Shown: positions 21,801 through 31,759 of the stretch, one piece after another | Position numbering within the stretch: the first letter of the stretch is position 1 | How the letters are laid out: each line of letters starts with the position of its first letter | DNA from: a virus | Virus record (IMG/VR): IMGVR_UViG_3300032257_000479 | Location: 1 to 64,000 of that record | Length of the DNA stretch: 64,000 nucleotides | Strand: one strand, 5' to 3' | Made by a program: the position numbers and the translations under genes | Notes under the pieces: generated by a model | Told to the model about the DNA's origin: nothing | What the model saw: only the letters and a program-made list of their open reading frames with translations | Database searches by the model: none

Positions 21801-23298
21801 TAGACGAAAACCCCACTTCGGTATCCTCTTCTAAACTAATAGATAAACTTGGATTTGAAACATCTTCTCTTTCTAAGTTTATCACATTGTTTTTGAATAT
21901 AGATGTTGAATTAAACCATGTAAATTCTATTGTTTGATCATCTCTTTGTTCAACAGATAATCTGGTTATAGATCTTGGGCTCTCATATGTTCTTGTATAG
22001 TGCCTCGCAGTTCTGCCTACGCTACTGTTTCCATCTACATCTATTGCTCTAATTGTTACAAAATAAGTTGTCCTAGATCTTATGCTTCTATTTCTTGTTC
22101 TACCATCGCTATCTATGTATGAGTATATTTTGAATTCTCTTAAGCTTTCTACTGGCTCGTTTATCCAAATAGATGTGATTATGCTGCTATTATCTGTATC
22201 TATTTCTTCAATTTGTATTTCATGAGAAACTGGAGGATTTGTGTCATATGGGTCTATGAAAGGCTCCCAATCTACAACAAGAACAGTATCCGAAACAAAC
22301 CCATCACCCTCTGAGTCGCTTAGCTCCAAATCAACGACATCTCTAGGTCCTGAAAAGAAATCTGGAGTAGAAAAAAGCGTAACACCAGATGATTCAATAG
22401 CATTGTCTCCAACGGAAACTAATCTCAATTTATACTTTTGATTATTATCTAAATCTTGAATACTGGTATGAACAGTATTGCCGTCTACATCAATTGAAAT
22501 AGTGCTTCCGATTGATTGATTCTCTAAATTTACCGGAGTTATATAAATTCTGTAAAACTCAATGTCCCCAAATGCAGCAGGCCTCCATAGCATATGAATC
22601 GCATTTGTTGCTGGGGTAACAGATACGTTCACAGGATCAGTTGGAGGAGTTACATCCAAATCAGTTAATGCAACAAGGGTTGATGTTTGGCTGCTCTCAT
22701 TTCCGCTAAAGTCTATTGAACTTATTCTGTAATAGTAGTTCGTATTGTCATCAAGATTGGAGTCCAGATAGCTTGTATCTGAAGTTGATGTTAACAACTC
22801 AAAATCTACATTGTTTTCGCTTTTGTATATTTTAAATTCTTTAAAATCATAGTTAAGAGTATTCTCATCCCATGATAAAAGGATAGAAGAAACCGTTGAT
22901 TGAGATACAGCAAATGTTGTAGGTGTCAATGGGGCAGAAACGTCCAAATGATCGTAAGTGGCTATACCGGAAAATGCTCCTGCTTGACCTATGACTCCGG
23001 GTCTTCTTTTCATCCATATGTATACTAAATTGTTGTCGAGTAAGGTTTTATCTTTATTTCCAAATGTTCTTATTATATTATTGTCAATAAGGCCCATGCC
23101 TGGAGTTATATCTATCGATAGAATACCTATATTCGGTTGACTAATTACCCACCCGCTCACTCTTCCTGGACCGATAGCAGATGATATGAATTCCATATGT
23201 TGATCTATATCAGTAAATCTTTGTTTATCTATGGCTCCTGAATAATAGTCGCCAGAAACAAATGCTTGAAAACCAAAATGAGGTGTTCTTGTTGGCAT
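18817..23298 (-). CDS. Virion-type protein, 1493 aa: shared N-terminal module, FN3 array, BNR/Asp-box propeller
   Basis: About six FN3-like units (LSW...YYYRISSIDFSGNES); YTSQDFGATW and FESDNGGVLW Asp-boxes; N-terminus resembles that of 44693-48214. Confidence 0.85.
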   Translation of the reverse strand: MPTRTPHFGFQAFVSGDYYSGAIDKQRFTDIDQHMEFISSAIGPGRVSGWVISQPNIGILSIDITPGMGLIDNNIIRTFGNKDKTLLDNNLVYIWMKRRPGVIGQAGAFSGIATYDHLDVSAPLTPTTFAVSQSTVSSILLSWDENTLNYDFKEFKIYKSENNVDFELLTSTSDTSYLDSNLDDNTNYYYRISSIDFSGNESSQTSTLVALTDLDVTPPTDPVNVSVTPATNAIHMLWRPAAFGDIEFYRIYITPVNLENQSIGSTISIDVDGNTVHTSIQDLDNNQKYKLRLVSVGDNAIESSGVTLFSTPDFFSGPRDVVDLELSDSEGDGFVSDTVLVVDWEPFIDPYDTNPPVSHEIQIEEIDTDNSSIITSIWINEPVESLREFKIYSYIDSDGRTRNRSIRSRTTYFVTIRAIDVDGNSSVGRTARHYTRTYESPRSITRLSVEQRDDQTIEFTWFNSTSIFKNNVINLEREDVSNPSLSISLEEDTEVGFSSSYIINQEDIVSDSSYVFSIKARDEFGNESSERDVVFDIPNISDLTRPSAPNQILGVSNDSENTISWNQPDSEIAVSYRIYRADQQISYISSDFARIETVDSLTFNYTDYDVNNLTTYAYFVTTIDLYGIESLNPVDDDFFDYNLILLTPTTSGELGTPANLSIQIDGATTGIDLLWDPTAGQFDGYEIFKSIGNTYEFELVDTTPPSQTSYNDPESLLESDTYYYIVRKFKNEADLFVTESDIVVNNAQFLGTVETTNGVIEIDQSGVREIKDLEDPIKEKAQELISAHKHEFFTRIDDRRINLGDVIRVDDWVTQNFQNYTTTADLENTFSFEVFLNDQLASDFDLLFNIDRELGRITFEKKLAPTDFSTNDNNDFPFDSPPELVVVFEGLTETQGILPQERLESASANQVTIGLVEKRQLPDIGHEGRIKELLIPIQEPMLAVDDGYRFTPVNEGQIIGDAITWYDIILANTTEDGDVLVGSSSNGIYTSQDFGATWIRRRSFSTPVIEFYYSSSIDMFFALTNRGVFGKRGKENAGSFGTWREIQGMENAKITRGISETPDGDIFCTSDIGVFKLIQDIGRDFYFWEQTPIFGPRSTESYDTIYDHVRDRVLVSNELGIFESDNGGVLWSFSDEMPDQRPIFQFKMYGDTIFAITQFILWRRKPGETEFQRVSILRDVDITRKIEIWRDRVFITTDKGLLVSLPNSDIDNDSEIDFELAFPQMNSGSFIPPASSMNIIDDKMFIGTEEQLFLSVNPGSMSLQWEDTGNTVPTVYIDGVEQKIGVRYNTATQDLRKFVCFDEKQKIGSVVTIANQYKRYKAENGGWADSNYESGVQLFVNGFFVNDWSVTERPATAIGNLILPEYNDRNAHKAGADTALTGLQSIASTLLDLGDDADNPILLNFNKANVVIFLNSLDRFLSQVYPEARTITNEDNTVSPFEVPAFRVLLLSSNEDFKSYGVEEFGTYGDNTSIEEDLDGPVSEEDIGGGIGG

Positions 23299-23302
23299 AT
23301 AA

Positions 23303-26300
23303 TTAACCCTTAAGTGTTATGAACTGATTGCCCTCAAGTTCAAACATGACTGAGAAATTCTTGACTACTGGAACATCGACATACTCTCCGCAATATATTG
23401 ATGTATCAATATCTCTTGCTCTAAAAGTAAACGAGTTGCTTGTATTAACAAAATCCTGTCCATCGAAAGCATCTATGGAGATATGATAAGTTGTTCTTGG
23501 TTCAAATGCAGATAAATCTGGACGGTAAATTATGTTCTTTGTTTCGCCTGAGCTAATGGAGACTCCGCTAGATGGAAGCGATCCGCCAGTACCAGTAAAC
23601 CATCCTGTTGAATCATTACCGCTGTATCCTGTTGTTAACAACTCCGTTCTTTCCGGATTTGTGTAAAAGCGTATTCTAAATTGATAATCATTAGACAATG
23701 CTGTTTCGTTCTGGAAATCAAAATCTATCTCATCAACAAATGTTGTTCCGCATGCCTCAATGAATGACTTATCTTGTGTTATTACATCAAATTCATCATT
23801 GCTATTTACAGCTTCCACTGTTATGAAGTAATATGTGTTACAAGAAATTGGGGTATCACCTACAGGTACAAATGATATTCCTGCTTGCTCTCCGACTCCA
23901 AGATTGACTCCTGAAGACAGCAATAATTCTCCGTTTGAAGACCATCCCGAAGTCGAGCTTGCTGAGTATGCTTGATAAACAAGGTTCTCTCTTTCATAAT
24001 CTTCGTAGAATGATATTCTGAAGTGGTATAGATCCTGAGACGCTGATATGTTTGCAAAGTCAAATTCGACTGCATTGAACATGAGCATTGAATTGTATGG
24101 CCCATACTCTCCAAAGTCCTCTGCTATAGTCTCTCCCCTAGATGGGGTTATAAGTCTAATTCCAACTCTTAAGTTTTCTCCAACCTGTTCATCGTTAGAT
24201 GTGAATACTCTGTTTTCATCTATTACTTGATATTCAGCAAAATCAACTGAATTGTTTAGGTTAAACCCAAATACAATGTCCGCTGCTACTGGGATCATTT
24301 TTGTTGATGTTAACATTCCGCTCTTAACCCTGCTTGGAAGAAGGAAGTTTGTCGTAAAGAAGTGAGTAGACTCTGATGCAACGCTTCGAACAACAACAGA
24401 TTTAAGCGATGGACTCAGATCTCTTATTTCGCTCTTCATTGTCACCCTAAACTGCAAATACTGTCCGCTAATGAAAGAAATATCTCCTGTTTCAGATGTT
24501 CCATCAAATACTATTCCAAATTCAGCGTCTAAAACATTATCTCTACTATCTCCAACTCTTACTTCTATTAACATTGAAGTCCCTGTTGGTATGGTTGCGT
24601 CCCAATCGATTCTATCCCAAGAGATTAAACCATTTGTCCCATTGAATATCTCGCTAAAGTAAACCCCAACCTCTTCATCAACTCTATCCGCGGAATAAAA
24701 CCTGTCATCCCCGTCAACTGAGCTTGTCGTATCTCCAAACTCGTTTACTTCGATTATTCTATTTTGATTAGTAAAACCAACAAGCTCTTCTAGCGTTATT
24801 GTTGCAAACAAGTTTGGGTCTAAAACCGTTTGAGCTTCATCTGTGAACAAGCTGGTCTCATTTCCGGCTCTATCAATAAGTTTCAAGTAAACGCTCTTAG
24901 TTACATCTTCGTTTGCTATACGCTGTACAGAAGTATCTGATACGAACCACAATTCTCCATTTGCTCCGCCAACAATATCTCTTATATCTTCTGAGTGCGT
25001 ATACTCTGCATTCCAAACATTTTTCAATGAATACAAAGTTCTACCTATGGCTGAATAAAGAGTTCCATCAATATTTTCCATTGCCCAAACAGGAGCGTTG
25101 ACCGTTCTAAATGAAGATATGAATGGGCCATCCGGAAGAGTGCTTCTTCTTATAAGAGCTGTTGTTCCAGATCCTGTCATTACCATATTCTTTCCATTCA
25201 CTTCGACAGAGCCTACGCTGATAACTTGAGGGTCTGAGTCTGTGCTAAGTATTTGAGATGTTCTGTTTCCTGGATCAAGTCTATATACTCTGCCTTGGTC
25301 TCCTGTTCCTGCATACAATTCTCCATCAACGGCAACTAGGTCATATATTGAGCTACTTATTTGCTCAAACTCTGTATTAAAATTCTGTCCATCATAACTA
25401 TATAATTGACCTTCAGATCCTCCGCCTCCGATGTAAAGCTTGTTGTTTAATATTTCTGCGCAATAAGCGAACGGTTGAGATATCGTGGCAGCAACTACAA
25501 AGTCTATGCCATTCAATGATAGGTATATTTTACCAGATTCTCCTGATGTAGGATTCCCTGTTCCAACAATTATTCTATCTTGGAATTGTATCAAGAACTC
25601 AACAGTGCTTTCTGGATCTCCATCTTCAAGAATGACTCTTCTATCAAAAGTTTGACTTGAATTATCGTATACATATACTTGAGCCGGATTGGATGTGGCT
25701 GCAACCATAACAGGATCCTGTCCTGATTTTTCCCAAAGAAGCAATCTTCGACCTTTGCCTTCTGCAAATGAGAACTGAGTGCTTACGTCTTCAAATATTA
25801 TTCCTAAGTCGTGAGTATATTGAGTTTGGAATGGTAAAGCTTCTTGAGGCTCATCTCCATCTGATGTAAAGTTGGGAAAATTAGATATGATAAAGCTATC
25901 AATTCCAGACGTTGCATCAAACGGCAAGAGGGAATCCCCTGTTTGTATCTGTCTAATAAATGACTCAATGGTAGTTCTTGTTAACTGATCCCCCAGTTCA
26001 AGCTGGCCAACCGGAGGAGTTGTATCAAGTATGATGCTATCGAATGGAAGATTTGTTGTTTCATCATTTATTTGAATAGCATTAATGTCTCCGCCAGTAA
26101 CAGCATATATTCCTCCGTTTGCAGAAAGAAGCTTATCAACTGTGGTTACATTTATTCCTTCAGCAATTTGAGCAGCCTTATTCTGCCCAAAATGATTCAA
26201 TATCTCAACATCTTTTCTGATGTTAACCTGAACTATATCGCTCTCCATTATTGGGTATTCAAATCTTAATAATTTTTTGGATGGAGAGAATTTGTACCCT

Positions 26301-29300
26301 CTTGTTATCTTGTTTCCATTTATTATGATTTCATAAAGAACATTATCTGGGATATCCAGATCATCTATTCCAACAAGTTCAAATGTTTGGAGGTCATCAT
26401 TTCTTTCTGTTTCTACTGATGTTAATGTAAAATCATTGCTTCTAAATCTTGATATTTCGACAGCATCTGTTCCGAATGATTCGTCACCCATGTTTATTTG
26501 ATACAGATCATGCGTTGTTGCAATGAATAGAATATTAGGATCTCTCCATATGATTGATCTTGCATTGCTGAATTTTGGTATAAGAACATCTGTTGTGTCA
26601 TTTTCTCTCAATGAAACAGGCGGAGATGTAGATATTCCAAAATCAAGTTTCTCAATACTTATTCCAACCATTTTATTTATACCTGCTGTGGTTGCAATAT
26701 ATCTTATGGCAGTATTTCTTATCGCTATATCTTTTATCTTGTTCGAAGAAAGACCATTGCTTTGAGTAAACGATGTTATTGATCCATCCTTAAATCTAAC
26801 AAGTCCTCCATTGGTTCCGATCCAGGCAACATCATTTGCATCTATCCTTACTTTGTTAACAATGTTGCTTGGTAAACCATTTTCAACAGTAAATAGCTGA
26901 GATGTCTGAACACTCAATGGTGCAGCATTTTGTGAGGATTTTAGAACAGATAATATTGGCTTAATGTCAATGACATGCAATCCACTATTAGATCCAACTA
27001 TAAGTGATCTGTCGCTATCTACGTCTAGTGAATTTGCAGAATCAGGCAAATCGCTTCCTATTAGCTTAATGAAGTATGTGTGATCCGTACTTGCAAATAT
27101 GCCTTCCGCTGTTGCTATGAACATATTAGAAGATCTATCAAATGTTATGTCAAATATTTCTATTCCATTTATATTAAACTCATCTTTATCGAAAGCAAAG
27201 ATTTTCTCTCTTCTTCTGTCAAAGAAGAATAAGCCCTTATCTGTTCCGATCCAGGCATCTCCATAATTATTTATCGCAGAACATTTTGCATTAACTCTCG
27301 GTATGTTTGATGTAGCAGATGTTATAAGCCCAATATTAAATGGGCCAACCGCTCCGTCTAAGTTGTAGCGAATTCTATCTACTACCATTTTTGTTCCGAG
27401 ATTGTTCGAGAAGTCTCCGAATCTTATTTCTTTTCTGAAACCTTTGTCGTTTATTTCAATATCTCTGTCTTGAGCAATGTATGGATCTGTGTTAATGCTA
27501 TACTGGTTTTCCCATGTCTTATCAAAAACAGCATCTCTAATATTCGTAAACTGACCAGCAAGTCTTGTTACATGATTTGCCTCTGATGCAAAATCAGTCT
27601 CGTAAAGAATGTGCATGTTGCCACTTGAGTCTGGAGCAACAACAGGTCTTCTTGACTTTCTGTTATCGCTTTCAAATATTTCTACATCAAAACCGCCCCT
27701 TGTTTCATCCCCAGCAACAAAAATATTATTACTACTTTCCCATTGCCTATAGTTAGAATCATATCTGGCTATGAATATCTTATTGGAAATATTCCCGAAG
27801 TTCAATTCATTGAAATCTGAATCGCCTGAATCAACATATGGATCTTCTGGGTCTGAAGATGTAGCCAATGGCGGATTATTAAATGATCTCTCGAAAACAC
27901 AATACATAAAGTTTTCTGAAATGTCTGGTATTATGTTTGGGAATTTTGCATCCTGGCTTCCTCTTGTTATTTGTTCTACCGATCCGTTCAAATACATTCT
28001 TCCGGAAACTTTTCTGCTGAATATTTGCCATATACCATCTGTTATTTCCTGCCAAACATAATGTATGTTGCCCTTTAAATCAGAGCTTATATCAACATGA
28101 TCTGAGCTTTGTCCCAAGTTTGAAACGGTCATATTTGTAGAGCCAATATATCCTGTATTCCATCCGCTCCTAATTTGCTCTTCCGATATAACCAATTGTC
28201 CTGAATCAACTTTTTCTTGAAGAGATTTCAACTGAGAATCTGTATATGGATAGCCTGGCCCTTGATGGAACCCAGATTTAATTGTAGTGCTGCCATCTGT
28301 TAATCTCTCTGTCCAAGCAACATATGGAGTGTTCCCTGATATGTAAATAGATGGCCTTCTTGAGCCTGCTTGAGAATTAGTTAATCTTGTGTCGCCTTCT
28401 CCTGTAGCTCCTGAATCCCATCTTCCTGTTGACCCGCTCCTAAACGCATAGAATATTTCAGGTTCATCAAATCTATAGTCTTCCCATACAACATGAACAT
28501 TGTTCTTTAAGTCTATATCAATTCTTGGTCTAACTGAGTTTTTTATATTTGAGCTAACTGCATAAGGGGTTGACCATTTTTCATCATTTCTCTCAATCAT
28601 ATATATGTCAGTGTAATCGCTTCTTGATGATTCAAATGTGACATATACTTTTCCTGTTTGATCAATTGCTATATCCGGATGAGCTGAATTAAATTGTTCT
28701 GAAACAACAATCTCTGGCTCGCTCCAACCGTCTGCAACAGTATATTCTGCATAAAAAATTTGTCTTTTGTTTTCCTTGCCTGAATCATGCCAAACAACAT
28801 ATGTTTTTCCTGACTCGTATGCAACTCTAGGTCTCGAAGAGTCTCCTGCATTTGATGCATCATTAGTTAATACAGAATCAATCAATAGGCTATAATCTCT
28901 ATCAGATGGCCTCTTGACATATACTTGGATAGAACTACCTTCTCCCAGTATTCTGTATTTGTTTTCTGTTGTAGTGTCTACTTGATATGATTTCCCGCTA
29001 GATTCCATAATGATTTCTTGCGGAAGAAAATATATGTTCTCATAAAAAACTCCATCATTAATGTACAAGCCTGAACCTTCTGGGTCATCTATATCAGATG
29101 GTCTATCGCTATCTTCGGCAAGCTCTACTTTAACATCAAAATCAACTGTCCACCCTCTACTGTTTGAGACATTGTTGACCCATGGAGTTCCTGGTTTACG
29201 ATGTGAGTAAAACCACTTTCCTCCTGCTGTATTTGAGTATGGATTTGGATTATACGGGTCTACCGCTAAAAATGTTCCGCTCAGAACTGTGAATCCGTTA

Positions 29301-31747
29301 TTGATGTCATCTATTGCTTCAATGGGAATACCTGTATTCGGCGATCCGCCATTTACTACAGCAAGCCCTGTTGCATCTTGATTACCAGTGCTATTCAATA
29401 CTGTTATGGTAAAGAAGAATGAGAAATATGCTCGGTATGATCCTACTACATTTACGTCAAAATCGCTCAAATCTTTTGTTAGCTCATTCCTTATCCCCTC
29501 AATCGTATTATTTTCAATACTTACAGAAAAGCTAGTTGTAGCTGTGATTGAATCAAGCGGGTGATGAATTATGATATCCTTATCAGTAACTTCTACTGAA
29601 TAACCTAGATTAAAAAAGAAGCCAACTGATTGAAAAGATATTGCGCCAATATCGCTTGCTGGCGTTAATAGCAATCTATCATCAACTCTCCCTTGATTAG
29701 CAAAAGTCGTATCTATTACCAATCCCTCAAGGGTAAAACTAGAGGCCGTAAAAGGAGTTGTGGCGGTTAGCTCCCAAAGGTCTCTTGATGGATCGATTCC
29801 TGCTGAAAATATCGAAAACTGATCAAATGAATTCATGAAGAAGTTTTCGAAGTAAGATGACCCCTTTGAATGATTTATAAATGTAACCTTACCATCCGGT
29901 GATCCAGATAGCGAATTTACTTCCAATGCGAAATTGTCAATATTTTCTACTGTAGACAGTATAGGTTGTTCTGTTTCTACTATTTTGTATATCGTTCCAG
30001 ATGTATCGGGACTGTCAGAATTAACACTAACAAGAATGTCTCCTTCATGTTCCGTTATATCTGTAACGCTTTCCCCAACAAATCTAATTAACTGCTGAGC
30101 CTCTATCTGAGAAAATGGAGAAGGGTCTATGCTTGGGTCATATGATCCGCTAACAGTATATACCACTTTTTTGAAATGTCCAACTACAGTTGAATCTGCT
30201 GTTGTTCCAAGATCAATAAATCTATCATTTATCTCTTCTGAGAATTTAGTGTTACCATCTAGTATTAGTTCATTATTGGAAAATACTCGGATATCGCTAT
30301 CTTTACCTGTTATTAACAAATTTCTCATAACCGTCATGTCCATTGAGAACTCTTCTACAACAGACGATCCAAGAAGTAACTGTATCTTATTTGTTAGCAA
30401 TCTTATTTCCGCGAATTTAGATCCATCAGCAATTGAGATTCTCTGATAACTGCTTCCTTCCCCTGAAACTCTTGCCGCAATCTCCATTGTCCATCCAGCG
30501 CTATTGCTAACATCTGATTCCCACAATGAGCCAACTATTCTGAAGCGAGCAGAGCCAAAGCCTTCAAAGCTATCACTTACATCGCTAGATGATACGCTAA
30601 CAAAATAATCTATGCCACGCTGAACCAAATTATCCGGAACTGTGTATTGCTCGCTAAATGTTTCTATTATTTCATCTAGAACATTGGAAGCCCCAGGAGC
30701 TGTCCCTATTTTTATTCTTGCGTATCTAGATATTTTGTCAACAGGATCAATTGTATCCCATTCGATTGTCGGGTTAACGCTATTTATTTGAATGTTATTG
30801 TTCGATCCATCAACTCTTACATTCAAAATATTGAATCCAGAAGATAAAATTGTTTCTTCATTGGAAGAAACTGTCTCATTATTAAACTGACCATCGCTCG
30901 GTGTCAGCAAGTAAGAAACGGTATCGCCTTCTGAGAAATTATATCTTATAAACCTACTATCTTCAGCCTCAACAATCTCTACACCATTAATGAACCAGCT
31001 AATTTTGCTGTTATCATTCACTAATCTTTTTCCAGTATTTGGATCATCTATAGAATACGATGCCTCAAGTATGTCATTTACATTTGGGCTGGATGGAAGT
31101 ATTTTAACATCGCCTACTGTTGGAGGCAATTTTTCTACCGTAATAGAATTGCTAGCTGCTGATCCGCCAGTTTCAAGGTGATCGACAGCAGTAACCTCTG
31201 CATACCAAACATCTTTGAATTTTATGTAATCCCTTGAAATCTTTGAGTATCCATCGAATTGCTGCAAATATACGCCGTTTCTGAACCATTTTATTAATGG
31301 AGTAGCATTCTCTTCAGAAATCGAAAAAGACAAATCAATATCGTCTCCCTCTTTTGGGCTAGCTGGCGAAAGAGATATGCCTTGAACAAATGGCAATCTG
31401 TTTACTTGAAAATAGAATGTTTCCCACGAACTAACATCTCCGCTCGAATCCCTTAGTCTAAACTGGCAGTAATAAGTGTTCCCTCTAGTAAGTATTTTTG
31501 CTGGTATGGAAAATGTTCTCGATCTTTCTCTTAGCCATGATATAGAAAAAGATGAGCCTGAAAAGCTATCAGTACCCCAACCAACATTGGATGTAGAGAC
31601 CCTAAACTCGTAATCCGTTTGAGTTACGCTTCTTTTAACTGTTTCAAAAGACCAGTTAATGATAGCATCGCTGTGTCGAACCTCAACTGGAACTCCATTT
31701 AAATATTTTTGATCATTTATTGATACTGATTTTATTTCAATAGTCAT
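23303..31747 (-). CDS. Giant virion-type protein, 2814 aa: AIR9/Ig-like repeats, lectin-like domains, BNR-like and Reg_prop propellers, two C-terminal repeats shared with the 2565-aa protein
   Basis: PxIxxD...HVVWEDxR repeats; GLPSNIVNKVRIDANDVAWIGTNGG and NGLSSNKIKDI (Reg_prop-like); W...VSNS.GWT twice. Confidence 0.85.
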   Translation of the reverse strand: MTIEIKSVSINDQKYLNGVPVEVRHSDAIINWSFETVKRSVTQTDYEFRVSTSNVGWGTDSFSGSSFSISWLRERSRTFSIPAKILTRGNTYYCQFRLRDSSGDVSSWETFYFQVNRLPFVQGISLSPASPKEGDDIDLSFSISEENATPLIKWFRNGVYLQQFDGYSKISRDYIKFKDVWYAEVTAVDHLETGGSAASNSITVEKLPPTVGDVKILPSSPNVNDILEASYSIDDPNTGKRLVNDNSKISWFINGVEIVEAEDSRFIRYNFSEGDTVSYLLTPSDGQFNNETVSSNEETILSSGFNILNVRVDGSNNNIQINSVNPTIEWDTIDPVDKISRYARIKIGTAPGASNVLDEIIETFSEQYTVPDNLVQRGIDYFVSVSSSDVSDSFEGFGSARFRIVGSLWESDVSNSAGWTMEIAARVSGEGSSYQRISIADGSKFAEIRLLTNKIQLLLGSSVVEEFSMDMTVMRNLLITGKDSDIRVFSNNELILDGNTKFSEEINDRFIDLGTTADSTVVGHFKKVVYTVSGSYDPSIDPSPFSQIEAQQLIRFVGESVTDITEHEGDILVSVNSDSPDTSGTIYKIVETEQPILSTVENIDNFALEVNSLSGSPDGKVTFINHSKGSSYFENFFMNSFDQFSIFSAGIDPSRDLWELTATTPFTASSFTLEGLVIDTTFANQGRVDDRLLLTPASDIGAISFQSVGFFFNLGYSVEVTDKDIIIHHPLDSITATTSFSVSIENNTIEGIRNELTKDLSDFDVNVVGSYRAYFSFFFTITVLNSTGNQDATGLAVVNGGSPNTGIPIEAIDDINNGFTVLSGTFLAVDPYNPNPYSNTAGGKWFYSHRKPGTPWVNNVSNSRGWTVDFDVKVELAEDSDRPSDIDDPEGSGLYINDGVFYENIYFLPQEIIMESSGKSYQVDTTTENKYRILGEGSSIQVYVKRPSDRDYSLLIDSVLTNDASNAGDSSRPRVAYESGKTYVVWHDSGKENKRQIFYAEYTVADGWSEPEIVVSEQFNSAHPDIAIDQTGKVYVTFESSRSDYTDIYMIERNDEKWSTPYAVSSNIKNSVRPRIDIDLKNNVHVVWEDYRFDEPEIFYAFRSGSTGRWDSGATGEGDTRLTNSQAGSRRPSIYISGNTPYVAWTERLTDGSTTIKSGFHQGPGYPYTDSQLKSLQEKVDSGQLVISEEQIRSGWNTGYIGSTNMTVSNLGQSSDHVDISSDLKGNIHYVWQEITDGIWQIFSRKVSGRMYLNGSVEQITRGSQDAKFPNIIPDISENFMYCVFERSFNNPPLATSSDPEDPYVDSGDSDFNELNFGNISNKIFIARYDSNYRQWESSNNIFVAGDETRGGFDVEIFESDNRKSRRPVVAPDSSGNMHILYETDFASEANHVTRLAGQFTNIRDAVFDKTWENQYSINTDPYIAQDRDIEINDKGFRKEIRFGDFSNNLGTKMVVDRIRYNLDGAVGPFNIGLITSATSNIPRVNAKCSAINNYGDAWIGTDKGLFFFDRRREKIFAFDKDEFNINGIEIFDITFDRSSNMFIATAEGIFASTDHTYFIKLIGSDLPDSANSLDVDSDRSLIVGSNSGLHVIDIKPILSVLKSSQNAAPLSVQTSQLFTVENGLPSNIVNKVRIDANDVAWIGTNGGLVRFKDGSITSFTQSNGLSSNKIKDIAIRNTAIRYIATTAGINKMVGISIEKLDFGISTSPPVSLRENDTTDVLIPKFSNARSIIWRDPNILFIATTHDLYQINMGDESFGTDAVEISRFRSNDFTLTSVETERNDDLQTFELVGIDDLDIPDNVLYEIIINGNKITRGYKFSPSKKLLRFEYPIMESDIVQVNIRKDVEILNHFGQNKAAQIAEGINVTTVDKLLSANGGIYAVTGGDINAIQINDETTNLPFDSIILDTTPPVGQLELGDQLTRTTIESFIRQIQTGDSLLPFDATSGIDSFIISNFPNFTSDGDEPQEALPFQTQYTHDLGIIFEDVSTQFSFAEGKGRRLLLWEKSGQDPVMVAATSNPAQVYVYDNSSQTFDRRVILEDGDPESTVEFLIQFQDRIIVGTGNPTSGESGKIYLSLNGIDFVVAATISQPFAYCAEILNNKLYIGGGGSEGQLYSYDGQNFNTEFEQISSSIYDLVAVDGELYAGTGDQGRVYRLDPGNRTSQILSTDSDPQVISVGSVEVNGKNMVMTGSGTTALIRRSTLPDGPFISSFRTVNAPVWAMENIDGTLYSAIGRTLYSLKNVWNAEYTHSEDIRDIVGGANGELWFVSDTSVQRIANEDVTKSVYLKLIDRAGNETSLFTDEAQTVLDPNLFATITLEELVGFTNQNRIIEVNEFGDTTSSVDGDDRFYSADRVDEEVGVYFSEIFNGTNGLISWDRIDWDATIPTGTSMLIEVRVGDSRDNVLDAEFGIVFDGTSETGDISFISGQYLQFRVTMKSEIRDLSPSLKSVVVRSVASESTHFFTTNFLLPSRVKSGMLTSTKMIPVAADIVFGFNLNNSVDFAEYQVIDENRVFTSNDEQVGENLRVGIRLITPSRGETIAEDFGEYGPYNSMLMFNAVEFDFANISASQDLYHFRISFYEDYERENLVYQAYSASSTSGWSSNGELLLSSGVNLGVGEQAGISFVPVGDTPISCNTYYFITVEAVNSNDEFDVITQDKSFIEACGTTFVDEIDFDFQNETALSNDYQFRIRFYTNPERTELLTTGYSGNDSTGWFTGTGGSLPSSGVSISSGETKNIIYRPDLSAFEPRTTYHISIDAFDGQDFVNTSNSFTFRARDIDTSIYCGEYVDVPVVKNFSVMFELEGNQFITLKG

Positions 31748-31759
31748 TATTCATCCTAC

